Source: Octopus sinensis
Taxonomy: Eukaryota
Direction of reading: 5' to 3'
Assembly: GCF_006345805.1 (NCBI RefSeq)
Contig: NC_042999.1
Location: 133,610,001-133,674,000 of the forward strand
Length of the DNA stretch: 64,000 nucleotides
Positions within the stretch are counted from its first letter, which is position 1; each line of letters starts with the position of its first letter. Both the position numbers and the translations under genes were made by a program. This document shows positions 39,960 through 52,544 of this stretch, piece after piece. Below the pieces are notes generated by a model. The model was given only the letters and a program-made list of their open reading frames with translations. It was not told the DNA's origin and did no database searches.

Positions 39960-41400
39960 TGTGCAGGTTAGCAAAGAGAAAAATAATCTATCCGGGTTGT
40001 CAGCTGCTAAAGGAATGAATTTTATTAACAGGGCTGTCTCTGGTGGCAACAATAAGATAGTTCATTCTTCGTGTTGGGTGATATCTGGGCTGGAGAAGTA
40101 TGCGCAATTTTTCATTGAGAGAGAGAGTTGGCATTTGTAAACCGCAGACGAGTAAGGAGGGGTCTGTTAAGAATACTACTACATTCGATGTTGGGAAGTC
40201 ATCTCGATGGTCACAGAGTTTACAGATGAATCGAGACAGGAAGACTTTCCTAGCACTGCACCCGAAGGAGTACATGGTCTGAGTATACCTTCCCCTAAAG
40301 TCATTGGTTGTCATGTCCATATAGTGTTTTATGATGGTATTGGAGGATGTGAGGATGGCTCCTTAGAGAGAAGCTCTTTAACAAAGCAGGATTTTACAAA
40401 TGGGCAGTTGATAGGATTTCAGTAATTAGTGGTTGAGTTGTGGGTTAGAGGCTGAACGTTTCACTCATCAGTGTGTGATGTTTAAAGTATTATCCAAACA
40501 GTATTGTCCAAACAGGTGTAGCTGAATTTGACATTGTGGAAGATTCAATAATGTATAGACTACATGGGCTGGATTCCAGGGAAATGCTTTTTAATTAGCG
40601 CCAGGAAGCTCCTAGATATGTTAGTGGAAATGTCTAGGTTGAATGCTGAACTGAATCAGAGTATTTTTGGTTTTTCTGACACTCTTAAGGTGGAGGGTGA
40701 CAGTAAGGAAGACCTACATATACACTGACTTATCAGTAAAGCTACTCCTCAGCAATGACTCATTATAGTTGTCCACAATAGATTAGAGATACTTCTACCG
40801 ATCCCTGTGCCTAGTATTCTAATTATAGCTAGAAGGGAATGTCGATTAATATAAACAGTTTCTTCTTTGAGCTTCCTGTAAGGTCAGTACTTGCCCGTCC
40901 TCGGGTTCAATGTTATCTACAGGAACTCGAAATTTTTCTAATTGCTGGTAACTTTTATAGTTAGATCGAATTCTTTAAAGATTGTTATCTGACCCTTTCT
41001 GAACTTGTCTATGGCGTAGTCAGTCATGTGGCTTGTGATTCCCAGACTATCATCCCTAAACAGATCCGAGGTATGGAAGTGTACGCTGCCTTTGAGTATC
41101 CAGGATAAATCAGCCGACAAGGTCAACGACTTCAGTTTCATCGTTGCCCAACATAGATACGTAAAAAAAGTGGGTCGTCTTAACCTTTTTTCTTAATAAT
41201 AATCATCGTAAAGCAGGATTGACCTTCTAGCCCTCATGATGAATCTGATAGCGAGATCGCTAATTTCAGTTAAATGCCTACCAAATTCTAGGGTCTTCAG
41301 GAAGAAAGTTTAGAATATCAAAGGTAGAAATTGACGATATAGAATTGCATGAGTTCTCAGACAGCTTTATTTTCGATATTGCAGAACAAGTCGATTACTG
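39960..41400 (-). mobile_element. Decayed Penelope-like element ORF (reverse transcriptase plus C-terminal GIY-YIG endonuclease), possibly Naiad-like
   Basis: Broken minus frames give IMRARRSILL, LGNDETEVVDLVG, LFRDDSL..IFKEFDLTIKV, FSSAFNLDISTNISRSFLALIKKHFP, VKFSYTCLDN, CPF..C, YMDMTTNDFRGRY..YSF and LSLNEKLRIL. This is the motif order expected for EN+ PLE RT, linker and endonuclease. Confidence 0.8.
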
Positions 41401-41508
41401 CGCTGCTGCAATCCTAGTGTCTCAACCCCGTGGCCCTTCTAATATCGCAAATATACTTACGTACAATATCTCTCTCGGTCTTGGAGGTGTTAACCAGCCT
41501 ATATTTAC

Positions 41509-41735
41509 GGCGAGCTGGCAGAAACGTTAGCACGCCGGGCGAAATGCGTAGCCGTATTTCGTCTGTCGTTACGTTCCGAGTTCAAATTCTGCCGAGGTCG
41601 ACTTTGCCTTTCATCTTTTCGGGGTCGATAAATTAAGTATCAGTTACGCACTGGGGTCGACGTAATCGACTTAATCCATTTGTCTGTTCTTGTTTGTCCC
41701 CTCTGTGTTTAGTCCCTTGTGGGTAGTAAAGAAAT
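41509..41735 (+). mobile_element. SINE family A, near-consensus copy
   Basis: ggcgagctggcagaaacgttagcacgccgggcg...gggtagtaaagaaat. Confidence 0.92.
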
Positions 41736-42107
41736 ATATATTTACGATTAGAAAATTGGGTTTATAACGCTTAAGCATTATGCAAGATGACGCAAGGCCA
41801 GGCGACACAGAGGATGTTTTATTTTTAGGAGGGTGGCTCGCTCTTTCGCTTCAGTGCTTATGTCGTTGTATGTAGAGACTATGGTTTCATTCTGTTTTAG
41901 TGATGGTATACGTAAGAAATGTTGTCTACCTGGAAGTGTTTCCTTTATATATGTTCCCTGTTTTGTCGATGAAAATGTCTACATTAGATGAATATTTTAA
42001 TATGTGCCATGTACCTGTTTAAATTGTTTAGGAAGGGGTTACAGCGACGGCTAGCCAAATCTTTCGTCTTTGACAATACTCATTAGATCGGGTTCGAAGA
42101 TTATCTA

Positions 42108-42326
42108 TTGGTTTCAGATTTTGACACAGGGCCAGCGGTTTTGGGGGAGGAGATAAGTTGATTCGAGTGCAAGGATCCCAGTGCACAACTGGTTTTTATT
42201 TTATCGATCCCAAAAGATGAAAGGCAAAGCCAACTTCGGAGCAATTTGAACTCAGAACATGAAGATAAACGAAATGCCGCTAAGCATTTTGTCTGGCGTG
42301 CTAATGATTCTACCAGCTCGCTGCCT
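42108..42326 (-). mobile_element. SINE family A copy
   Basis: Reverse complement of the family A body and head. Confidence 0.85.
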
Positions 42327-42391
42327 TAAAGCCAATCTCTATTGATGTTTGTTATTTTTATATCAAGTTATACACACACACACCACAGACG

Positions 42392-42428
<37 letters not shown>

Positions 42429-42659
42429 ATATATGTATATATATATAATAATAATTTAACATTAAACAGAAGGATTACTCAATACTTTTCAAACAGATAC
42501 TTTTATGAAGTTTTACAGGATTTACCGGCAAAAGGTTGACAGGTTGACGGTGATTTCCAAGTTCTGGTTTGCTCTTCTGAATATTATGTATATACACCTA
42601 TACATACACACATACATTTATACATGTATACATACATAGATAGGTATGTATACAAGTAT

Positions 42660-42715
<56 letters not shown>

Positions 42716-42717
42716 GA

Positions 42718-42766
<49 letters not shown>

Positions 42767-42922
42767 ATATATATATATATACATATACATACATAGATAC
42801 ATATATACATATACATACATACTTACATACATACATATGTTGTATCTACGTGTGATGTATGTAAATTTATATACATATACAGGCAGCCGACATACAGGCA
42901 GAAAACAGACCGACAGACAGAA

Positions 42923-42961
<39 letters not shown>

Positions 42962-42966
42962 TAGAT

Positions 42967-43007
<41 letters not shown>

Positions 43008-43952
43008 AATGATTAAGTGCATTGATAATCTAAATGTGTGTTGTTATGTATGTACATGAGTGTGTATATGTGTATATGTTTACGGTTTCGGTGTATTTAA
43101 TGCACTTCGTTCTGACAAATAAATACTTATTCATATCGATTCCATTATTATTTTCGAAAAAAAAAAAAATCTACAGCAAAACATCCCACCTAACAAATAC
43201 ACCCACTAACAAAGAAAAAAAAACTTTATAAAACAAAGACCAATGAAAAGAACACCCAAACGTCTTGCTGAAGCCTGTTAATGTAAAGTTTACCTATCAT
43301 AAAAGTAACTTACGTCAGTAGAAGGCATACTGTGATAAGCTATCCTCTCAAATATTATCATTAAGATTAACCAAACAGCTAAGTGCAATATTACTAGTAT
43401 AATAGAGTTCAAATAAATAGCTTATGTAATCCGACTTAAGTAAAAGAATAACAGATTTATGTACGTCATGTGTGTATGTATATATGTGCCTTTGAGTGAG
43501 TAAGTTGTGGCTGTGTTTGTAGTGTGTGTGTGAATGTATTTATCTGTGAGCATTGTGTGCGCGCGCGTGCGTGTGTTTGGCAGAGAATGTAAACATGTTT
43601 AGGTAAACATGCATAAGTTATGCTATATATATGTATATATATATATGTATATATATATATAATAAATAGATAGTTTCTTGGATAAAGAACGTTAATGTAT
43701 GCGATTGATGACTGCGTGGATATATATAATATAAATAATTATGAATACGTATACATGCTTAAACACGCATTGCATATGTATATATATGTGTGTGTGTGTG
43801 TGTATGTGTGTGTGTGTGTGTACGTATTTATAAATATTATACTGTATATGCATACATTATATATATATATATAATATATATATATATATATAATATATAT
43901 ATATATATAATATATATAGATAGATAGATAGATAGATAGATAGAGATAGATC

Positions 43953-43993
<41 letters not shown>

Positions 43994-44417
43994 GTAGGTA
44001 GGTAGGTAGGTAGATAGCTAGATAGATCTAGAAAGTACATGTACATGGAAATTACTCATATGTATCACACTACATATCCCTCTAAATATCATAAACATCG
44101 TGTGTGAATGTGTGTGTGTGTATGTGTATGTGTGTAAACAAGTCTGTAAGTTTTAAGATTAATCTTGAGTATATCTATATTATGTTCAGCTAACACTAGA
44201 GGTGGATAAATAAGAAAATGTCCTGTATCTCAAGACCTTAATCCATTAGTATCTTCTCCATTAAGCTTTTACCTAACTCCCCTTTGCTACGCAACTACTT
44301 CAATCTATTAGCTTGACACAACAAAAGACTTGCCGATTCGGGGGGGGGGGGGCATATCTTAGGATAAACACTTATGTAATATATACATGCGTAAATAGTT
44401 ATATGTATGTGTGTATG

Positions 44418-44449
<32 letters not shown>

Positions 44450-44644
44450 TGTATGTATGTATGTATGTATGTTTTATGTATGTTTTATGTATGTATCTAT
44501 GTATGTGTGTGTGTGTGTGTGTATGTTTGCATGTATGTATATATGTGTGCTTGTTGCGTATATGCTTTATTTCAGAATGCTGTGCATTAACTATCGGACT
44601 CCGTATATGTGTACATACAACATGCATACGCAAACACACCATTA

Positions 44645-44687
<43 letters not shown>

Positions 44688-44738
44688 GTATATGTATACA
44701 TACACAATATAATATATATGCGTGTGTAATACATATAA

Positions 44739-44773
<35 letters not shown>

Positions 44774-44967
44774 GTATGTATATATATACACACACACACA
44801 CATATATGTATACACACTTATACATGTGTTTGATTATGAACGGATGTCTATGGTGAAACCTTTTTTTAAAACGTATATCTCCTTTTCGAACCTTCTCTGC
44901 CCTGCTCTCCGTTTCAATATAATTACACAATATCTTTGCGAGTTTGTATACATGCATAAATCCTGGC

Positions 44968-44999
<32 letters not shown>

Positions 45000-45415
45000 C
45001 AATACATTAACGTATACATACATTAATATACACATTGTTGTACATACATGTAGGATGAAGAATCATGAGGATTTTATGTTTGTTGACGTCCGATTATACT
45101 TCTATATTGATCCGGCATACGTTAAATCATGCTAATCTTACTATCCATTATACATCAATAGCCGAACTCCGTGATCTCCGGAAACCCATGATGGGATTAA
45201 TAGCATTCGCATTCCTTTGAAAGAACATTTGTATGCGCTAACATACACTCTAGCTATCGGAGGAAACGTCTATGTGGACCTTTATTATGCTAGACATAAC
45301 CGTCTTACTCACACGCCAAGGAAGAGATACACTGAATTATATTCCTAAATACATACATATAGACAGACAGACAGATAGATAGATATGAATGTATGTACCA
45401 TACCTCTCAATCAAC

Positions 45416-45472
<57 letters not shown>

Positions 45473-45473
<1 letters not shown>

Positions 45474-45627
45474 TTTATTTAAAGCAGCAGAAAATTCAAC
45501 AAAATCTGTTACTCTGAGTTTCCGTTGCCGTTCATCAGACAGTTATTCTAGCAAAAACTGTCTGATGAACGGCAACGAGAAACTCAGAGTAACAGGTTTT
45601 GTGAATTTTCTGCTGCTTTAAATAAAG
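45473..45627. repeat. ~72-bp inverted repeat whose arms each encode a hammerhead motif
   Basis: 45473-45544 and 45556-45627 are near-perfect reverse complements separated by an 11-nt loop. Confidence 0.95.
45556..45598 (+). ncRNA. Type I hammerhead ribozyme motif (mirror copy on the minus strand at ~45506-45544)
   Basis: CTGT-CTGATGA-A-CG-GCAA-CG-A-GAAACT-CAG-AGT-A-ACAG: 4-bp stem I, short stem II with a GNRA loop, 3-bp stem III and a GUA triplet. Confidence 0.7.
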
Positions 45628-45721
45628 CATATTACTCTACCACTGGTATTTGAGTACTCTTTTTTCCACCTTGTTTCACATTTATGTGTTTACTCAGGTA
45701 TATATATATATATATAATAAG

Positions 45722-46671
45722 AGTAAAAACATTGATATTAATTAAATTAATATCAACTTAAACCAATAGCTTAGCATACTGAAAAAAATCTGAAGATTCA
45801 AAAAATTATATTACATATAAGAGGAATGACCACTAGATGGACTCCTAATATGCTAAATGTAGTCCCTATACGGTCTGACCACTAAGAAAAATTGTTCTCA
45901 AGAAAATTCGGAAAACGCTAGAACGTAAAGCGAGCAAGACATATGAAAAGATACAAATATAATGATTAGTCACATACCAGATTTCATTGTTACCATTTAC
46001 ATTACGTAAATGTCTGCAGATCATCTGTGCGACCGTCATAGAAAATATAAATTGAAGAACTATATACGGAACGTCCTGACGAGAGAGAACATGCACACAG
46101 TTCTATCAATTATATATTTACCCGACATTATATATTTACCTAATATTAGGCGTCCACCTAGTGGTCATTCCTATTATATTCATGTAATATCATTTTCTGA
46201 ATCTTCAGATTTTTTTCAATATGCTAGGCCACTGGTTTAAATTGATATTAATTTAATAAATATCAATTTTTTACCCTTATTATTTAAATTTAAATTACCA
46301 TGTTCTCTAATCGGCAGGCTTCGATGCGGAAAATTATTTTCTTCAGAGTCATTTCCGGCTTCGGCGCGCCAAATCGAAGACATTTGAAATGTACCCCCAA
46401 ATATAATTGATAGAACTGTACGCATGTTCTCTCTCGTCAGGACGTCTCGTATATAGTTCTACAATTTATATTTTCTATGACGGTCGCACTGATGATTTGC
46501 AGACATTTATGTAATGTAAATGGTAGCAATGAAACCTGGTATGTGACTAATTATTACATTTTGTATCTTTTCATTTGTCTTGCACGCTTTACGTTCTAGC
46601 CTTTGCCGAATTTTCTTGAGAACAATTTTTCTTAGTGGTCAGACCACATGGGGTCTACATTTAGCATATTA
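45722..46671. repeat. Interlocked inverted repeats A-B-A'-X-B'
   Basis: A (45722-45850) pairs with 46143-46275; B (45845-46117) pairs with 46399-46671; roughly 85-90% identity by eye. Confidence 0.9.
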
Positions 46672-46796
46672 AAGAGACTGATAGAATCCAGACTTTCAAA
46701 AACAGAAACAAAAATATCCTCTTGGAATAAGTTGGATGTTTGCAGATAATCAATTATATTAATGCTACATATCCATTTTCTAAGTTTTCTTATATA

Positions 46797-46960
46797 GGAG
46801 TAGCTCTGTGGTAAATAGCTTGCTTACCAACCACATGGTTCCGGGTTCAGTCCCACTGCGTGGCACCTTAGGCAAGTATCTTCTACTATAGCCTCGGGCC
46901 GACCAAAGCCTTATGAGTGGATTTGGTAGACGGAAACTGAAAGAAGCCCGTCGTATATAT

Positions 46961-47007
<47 letters not shown>

Positions 47008-47220
47008 TATGTTTGTGTGTCTGTGTTTCTCCTCCCAACATCGCTTGACAACCGACACTGGTGTGTTTACCTCCCCGTAACTTAACGGTTCGGCCAAAGA
47101 GACCGATAGAATAAGTACTAGGCTTACAAAAGAATAAGTCCTGGGGCCGATTTGCTCGACTAAAGGCGGTGCTCCAGCATGGCCGCAGTCATATGACTGA
47201 AACAAGTAAAAGAGTAAAGA
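46797..47220 (+). mobile_element. SINE family B, full-length copy with an internal (AT)n tract
   Basis: tRNA-like head ggagtagctctgtggtaa..gggttcagtccc, CORE-like ccttaggcaagt, and tail gactgaaacaagtaaaagagtaaaga. Confidence 0.92.
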
Positions 47221-47616
47221 GTATATATATATTTGAGCGCGTATGGGTTTGTGCACGTGTGTGGGTATGTGTGCGCGCGCGTAATGGGTGGATATGAATA
47301 TGTGTACATGCATGGCTACATATACATGTGCGTCTATTGGCGTATGTGTGGGTGCGCATGTATGTATTTCATGCGAGTGTGAGTGAGTATATGCATATAG
47401 GTACATATACGTGGTTCTGCGTGCGCACATGTGTATGTACAAGCGTGCATAAGCGAGTGCTATGAGCATTTTTACTTCTTTACATTTTACTTCCTCCCCT
47501 CCGGTTTTCCCCCTTATTTAACGATCATTCTAATAACTCTTTTGTCTAAATAGCGCTCAAATACATAGTAATTTTCCTTTGTTTAACGGTCATTTTCATA
47601 GCACTTTTTGATTACC

Positions 47617-47682
47617 TCAATAACTGACGAGATGCCGGAGCAGGCTTCTGCCCCAACATCCGAAACTCGGAGTCTTTATGGC
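47617..47682 (+). ncRNA. Type I hammerhead ribozyme motif with a weak stem I
   Basis: CTGACGA (47624)-GATG..CATC-C-GAAACT-CGG-AGTC (GUC at 47672-47674); stem I caataa/tttatg is imperfect. Confidence 0.6.
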
Positions 47683-47754
47683 AATCGAATAATTGTCACA
47701 TATTATATTACAGCTATATATAGTATATTATATTATATATATATATATTATATA

Positions 47755-47810
<56 letters not shown>

Positions 47811-48047
47811 GAGGTGGTTCCCCAGCATGGCCGCAGTATAATGACTGAAATAAGTAAAAGATACAAGATGTATTCACGAGTTTACACCTCCTTCGCACAC
47901 ACACATATTATATATGTGTAGCATTAATATAATATAATATATAATATAATATGATATATATATTATATTATATTATATTATATTATATTAATGTTACATA
48001 TATATGTGTGTGCGGGGCGGGGGGTAAACATGTGAATATATCTCGTA

Positions 48048-48450
48048 TCTTTTACTTATTTCAGTCATTAGACTGAGGCCATGCTGGGGAACCGCCTTGA
48101 ATTTTTAGCCGAATGAATCGACTCCAGTATATTTCTTTTTTAAAGCCTTGTACTTATTCTATTGGTCCGTGTTGCCGAACTGCTAAGTTACAGAGATGCA
48201 GACACACCAACAACGGTTATGAAACTGATGGGGGCGACAAACACAGACACAAAGATTTTATGTACATAAATATATACATTTATATTTATATATACGAGGT
48301 GCTTTTTCAATTTCCGTCTACCAAATCTGCTCACAAGATTTTGGTCGCCCCGAAGCTATAGTAGAAGACACTTGCCTAAGGTGCTATGCAGTAGGACTTA
48401 ACTTGGAACGATGTCGTTGGGAAGCAAGCTTCTTACTACACAGTCACACC
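48048..48450 (-). mobile_element. SINE family B, full-length diverged copy
   Basis: Reverse complement of 46797-47220. Confidence 0.88.
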
Positions 48451-48494
48451 TGCACCTATATTTACACATATACACGTATACATATATGTAGCAC

Positions 48495-48526
<32 letters not shown>

Positions 48527-48585
48527 CACGAACATATTTGTAAATATGCCTATACATATGTACGCATACATATTCTTTTCTGCTG

Positions 48586-48776
48586 TAGGCGCAAAGCCCG
48601 AAATATTTGGGGGGGGGGGCAGTCAATTAGATCGACCACCAGTACTCAACTATCGACCCCGAAAGAATGAAAAGCAAAGTCGACCTCGGCGGAATTTGAA
48701 CTCAGAACGTATAGACAGACGAAATACCGCTAGGCATTTCGTCCGGCGATGTAACATTTCTGCCAGCTCGCCGCCT
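48586..48776 (-). mobile_element. SINE family A copy
   Basis: gtcgacctcggcggaatttgaactcagaacgt...ttctgccagctcgccgcc. Confidence 0.9.
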
Positions 48777-48904
48777 TTGTAAGGATATATATTGAATATA
48801 CGTGGATCTGTGTTCTTGTGAATATATATATTATATATATGTTATATGTATGTATGTATGTATATATATATATATATATCTATATATATTATATATATGT
48901 ATAT

Positions 48905-48945
<41 letters not shown>

Positions 48946-48952
48946 GTATATT

Positions 48953-48995
<43 letters not shown>

Positions 48996-49584
48996 ATATA
49001 TAATATATTATAATATATATATACTATATATAATATACATATATATAATATATATAGATATATATAATTATATATAAGTATATATATATATATATATATA
49101 TGTATACTATATGTGTATATAAAATATATGTGTGGGTGTGTATGTTATGTATGTATATTGGTGCATGAGTGCGGACATGTATGTGTATGTGTGTATGCAC
49201 ACGCACATGTACATTCAATAAGTTGGGGGGGAAAAAAGAGTCAAACAAAGATGCAGAGTTGGTCTCTCTTTCTCTTCGTTTTTACATTTGTTTAGTCTTC
49301 ACCCTTGTTGAACTGATGAGGCCATTAACCACGCCTAGCCGACGTGATAAATCTATCAGTCGGCCCTTTCATCTTTAACACACTTCTGAGCTTCTGAGGC
49401 ATACCAACTACGCACGCACGCACAGACACAGACACAGGCACACACACACAAGCACCCACGCCTACATATATAGATACAAACACAGATTACGCATACAGAC
49501 GTGCTAAGAAGATCTTTCAATGTCCATACCTTCATTCTGTTTTCTTTACTACCATTCTCCAGATACCACTTTCTTTCTCCTTCC

Positions 49585-49745
49585 ATCACCACCAACTTCA
49601 TCATCATCTTCATCATCATCGTCATCGCCGTCATCATCATCGTCGTCGTGTTCATAATCATCACTGTCGTCGTCTTCATCATCTTCATCATCATAATCAT
49701 CGTCGTCGTCATCATCGCCATCATCGCCATTATCGTCATCGTTAT
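49585..49745. repeat. (TCA/TCG)n trinucleotide-rich tract
   Basis: Visible directly; explains the Met-rich and Ile-rich ORFs. Confidence 0.95.
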
Positions 49746-49970
49746 CGTCTTTATTTCGACGCGCCCTTCGTCTGATTTCTTTATGTTTTTTCTCTTGTTG
49801 CTGCTGCTACTGTTGTTCTTTTTGTTGTTGCTCTTGTTGTTACTGTAGATTTATCACAACCTATGGCCACATGCACAAGCATGTGTGGGTTTGTCTGTCT
49901 GTTTGTCTGTTAAGCCGCCAGTCTTCCCCTGCCTCTTTCTCTGGCTTTTTCATATACACGTGCCTATACA

Positions 49971-50060
<90 letters not shown>

Positions 50061-50146
50061 ATATGTATGTGTGTGTGTATATATATATATATATATACAT
50101 ATAATCTTTATGTGTATGTTTGTATATATGGATGCATTTATGTATA

Positions 50147-50251
<105 letters not shown>

Positions 50252-50790
50252 AAGAGAGAAAAATAAAGATGGATAACGGGCATGTCTGAAATAACGAAAC
50301 ATAGATACGCCACATCCAAATCGTATAGCGAAAGAAAAACCTACTTGTGAAAATAGGGACCACAAAACATACTCGACAAGAGCTTTTATTTTTGCTTGTA
50401 GTCATTTCACATGAACTGGTTTTCTCATGATTTTAAGAAGAATATGAAGGTTGCAAAATATTTCACCATCAATAAATCATTACATGCAACAGAAATCTTT
50501 CGCGTTACAGGAGTAATGCGTTCCTGAAAAACATTGTCGTAACGTGAAATTAATTTCCCCATTGAGTTTTTTCATATTATGAAGTGACAATGTGCGTTGC
50601 CACAGATTTTTGGAAAAAGCAGAAAAAGAAACGTGAAATAACTTGTGTGTGTGTGTCTATGTTTCTTTTCCTCCCATTGTGTATGTTTGTAGCGTTAATT
50701 TACTCGTAGCCTGCGTCCAAGCCTAGTATGTGCACACATCTTGCGCTTCTCATGTTAACCCTGTATCTCTCTTTTGCTCTGTGTGTGTGT

Positions 50791-50838
<48 letters not shown>

Positions 50839-51169
50839 ATTGTATGTATGCATATCATCTTTTATCTTTTACATTTATTGCTTGCTGGACTCTATCATGA
50901 CAGTGAGTGAGGGAGAAACAGAGAGAAAGAAAGAAAGAAAGAAAGAGAGAGGAAGGGAGAATCTATGTACTTCAGGAGAGAGAATCGCTTCTCTTTTTAA
51001 GTTTTTAAGTTGGAAAGTTGTTTTCTTTTGTCGGAAGGAAAAAGAGAAGAGCATGTGTACATACATCATACATACAGACAGAAAAGATTTAAATGAAATA
51101 TGTTAAGGAATAAATACGATACGTTCTTATCACAAAGGATAATATGCTGGGTGACTCTATCTTCTGCCT

Positions 51170-52020
51170 TTTTTTTTCATCATCTTCATCTACTTGAGGA
51201 GCGAAGAACTTATCCAAACTCTTTAGAGTTTTTGACACATCATCTCGTTGTACAGTACTGTGTAGGTCCTGAGCTCATTGAAATCGCCTCGTAATGTTTA
51301 TGCAACACTCACTATTAGAATTGTTATCATCAAGAACTTCTAGATCTTCTTCTATAAGTGGCCATCTTCTAGCAATATTCTTTGAAGTCAATTTCAGTGG
51401 TGTTGGTAGAGCTCTCATTTGTATCCTCAGCTTGGTCGTCTTCTGACAGCATCATCCCCTCGTTAGATAAACTCCCTTTGTGGGATAGTATCAACTCATC
51501 CACATCATCTGTGACTTCTTCTAACCCTACATCATTTGCAAATGTCACAGTATCTTTCCGAATTACTCGTAGACTTTCTACTTCGGAAATTTCGTAAAAT
51601 TACGGCTACAGTCTGGTTACATATTTCCCCAAGCTTCAGTCAAACTTGATGGCTTTACTTAATCTCATGACTCAACAATATTTTCCACATCATCCAATAC
51701 GTTGAGCGTCTTTCAAAAGTCTCTAGCTGTATGCTTATCTTCCCTAACAAATGCTTTCATAAGTTTGAAAGTTCTCAGAAGTTAAATATCACACCGCGAT
51801 TCATTGGCTGAAGCAAAGAACTTGTATTTTGGGGTAGATATTGTGCTATCACATTATAAGAAAGCTCATTTAAGTTCACCGAGTAGCTTGGTGAATTGTC
51901 TTAAAGGAGCAATGCTTTACTGGAAATGCTATGTCTGACATGTTAAAAATGTCAAAAAGGCTCCTAGTCATCCATGCATCATTCGAATGCCAAATCATGT
52001 TAGAAATACAAGTTAGTTAC
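51170..52020 (-). mobile_element. Decayed Tigger/pogo (CENP-B-like, DDE_1) transposase
   Basis: Minus frames read IWHSNDAWMTRSLF, YLPQNTSSLLQPMNRGVI and VGLEEVTDDVDELILSHKGSLSNE. Confidence 0.85.
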
Positions 52021-52544
52021 GTGCGATTCTTCCGTCACTATTGTCCACGAAAAGAACCAGTTATACATGTAAATATATATTGGGAACGACGCAATCTCTA
52101 CTAGTCGATATTAAATATCTAATTAAAATTACTCTAGTTGTTATCTGTTCCGTACATTTATCTTCCTCACTGAAGAAGCCTAAACTCCCTGTACACGTCC
52201 ATACTTCAAAATGTTAGTCATTAACACTTAATACGCTGAGAGAATTTCTAAGTACATACTTCTCTTTTTACCATTTCAAGTCAATTTCGTTCTTTCGTTT
52301 ATTTTGTATTACATTTCCATTCATCTCTAACGAAACATACAATAAACCGAATCACAATGCTATAATGATATTCTCCGGATGTTTAAATGTAATTGCCCAA
52401 GCGTGTGCGCACACACACAAACACATACACGCAGTCACACATCTACACACACAAACATATACACAAATGCAAGGGTGTATATGTGCCTATCGTTTTTACC
52501 TATTTTTGGTGGGGGCTTGAGAACAAATGTCAACTAAATATGTT

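Noticed and set aside
40445-40475. Minus-strand CTGATGA-GT-GAAACGTTC resembling a hammerhead core
   Set aside because: There is no room for stem II and no stem I, and it lies inside the decayed PLE coding frame; most likely coincidental.
46060-46110. CTGACGAGAGAGAACATGC as a hammerhead
   Set aside because: There is no GAAA, no stem II and no adjacent stem I pairing.
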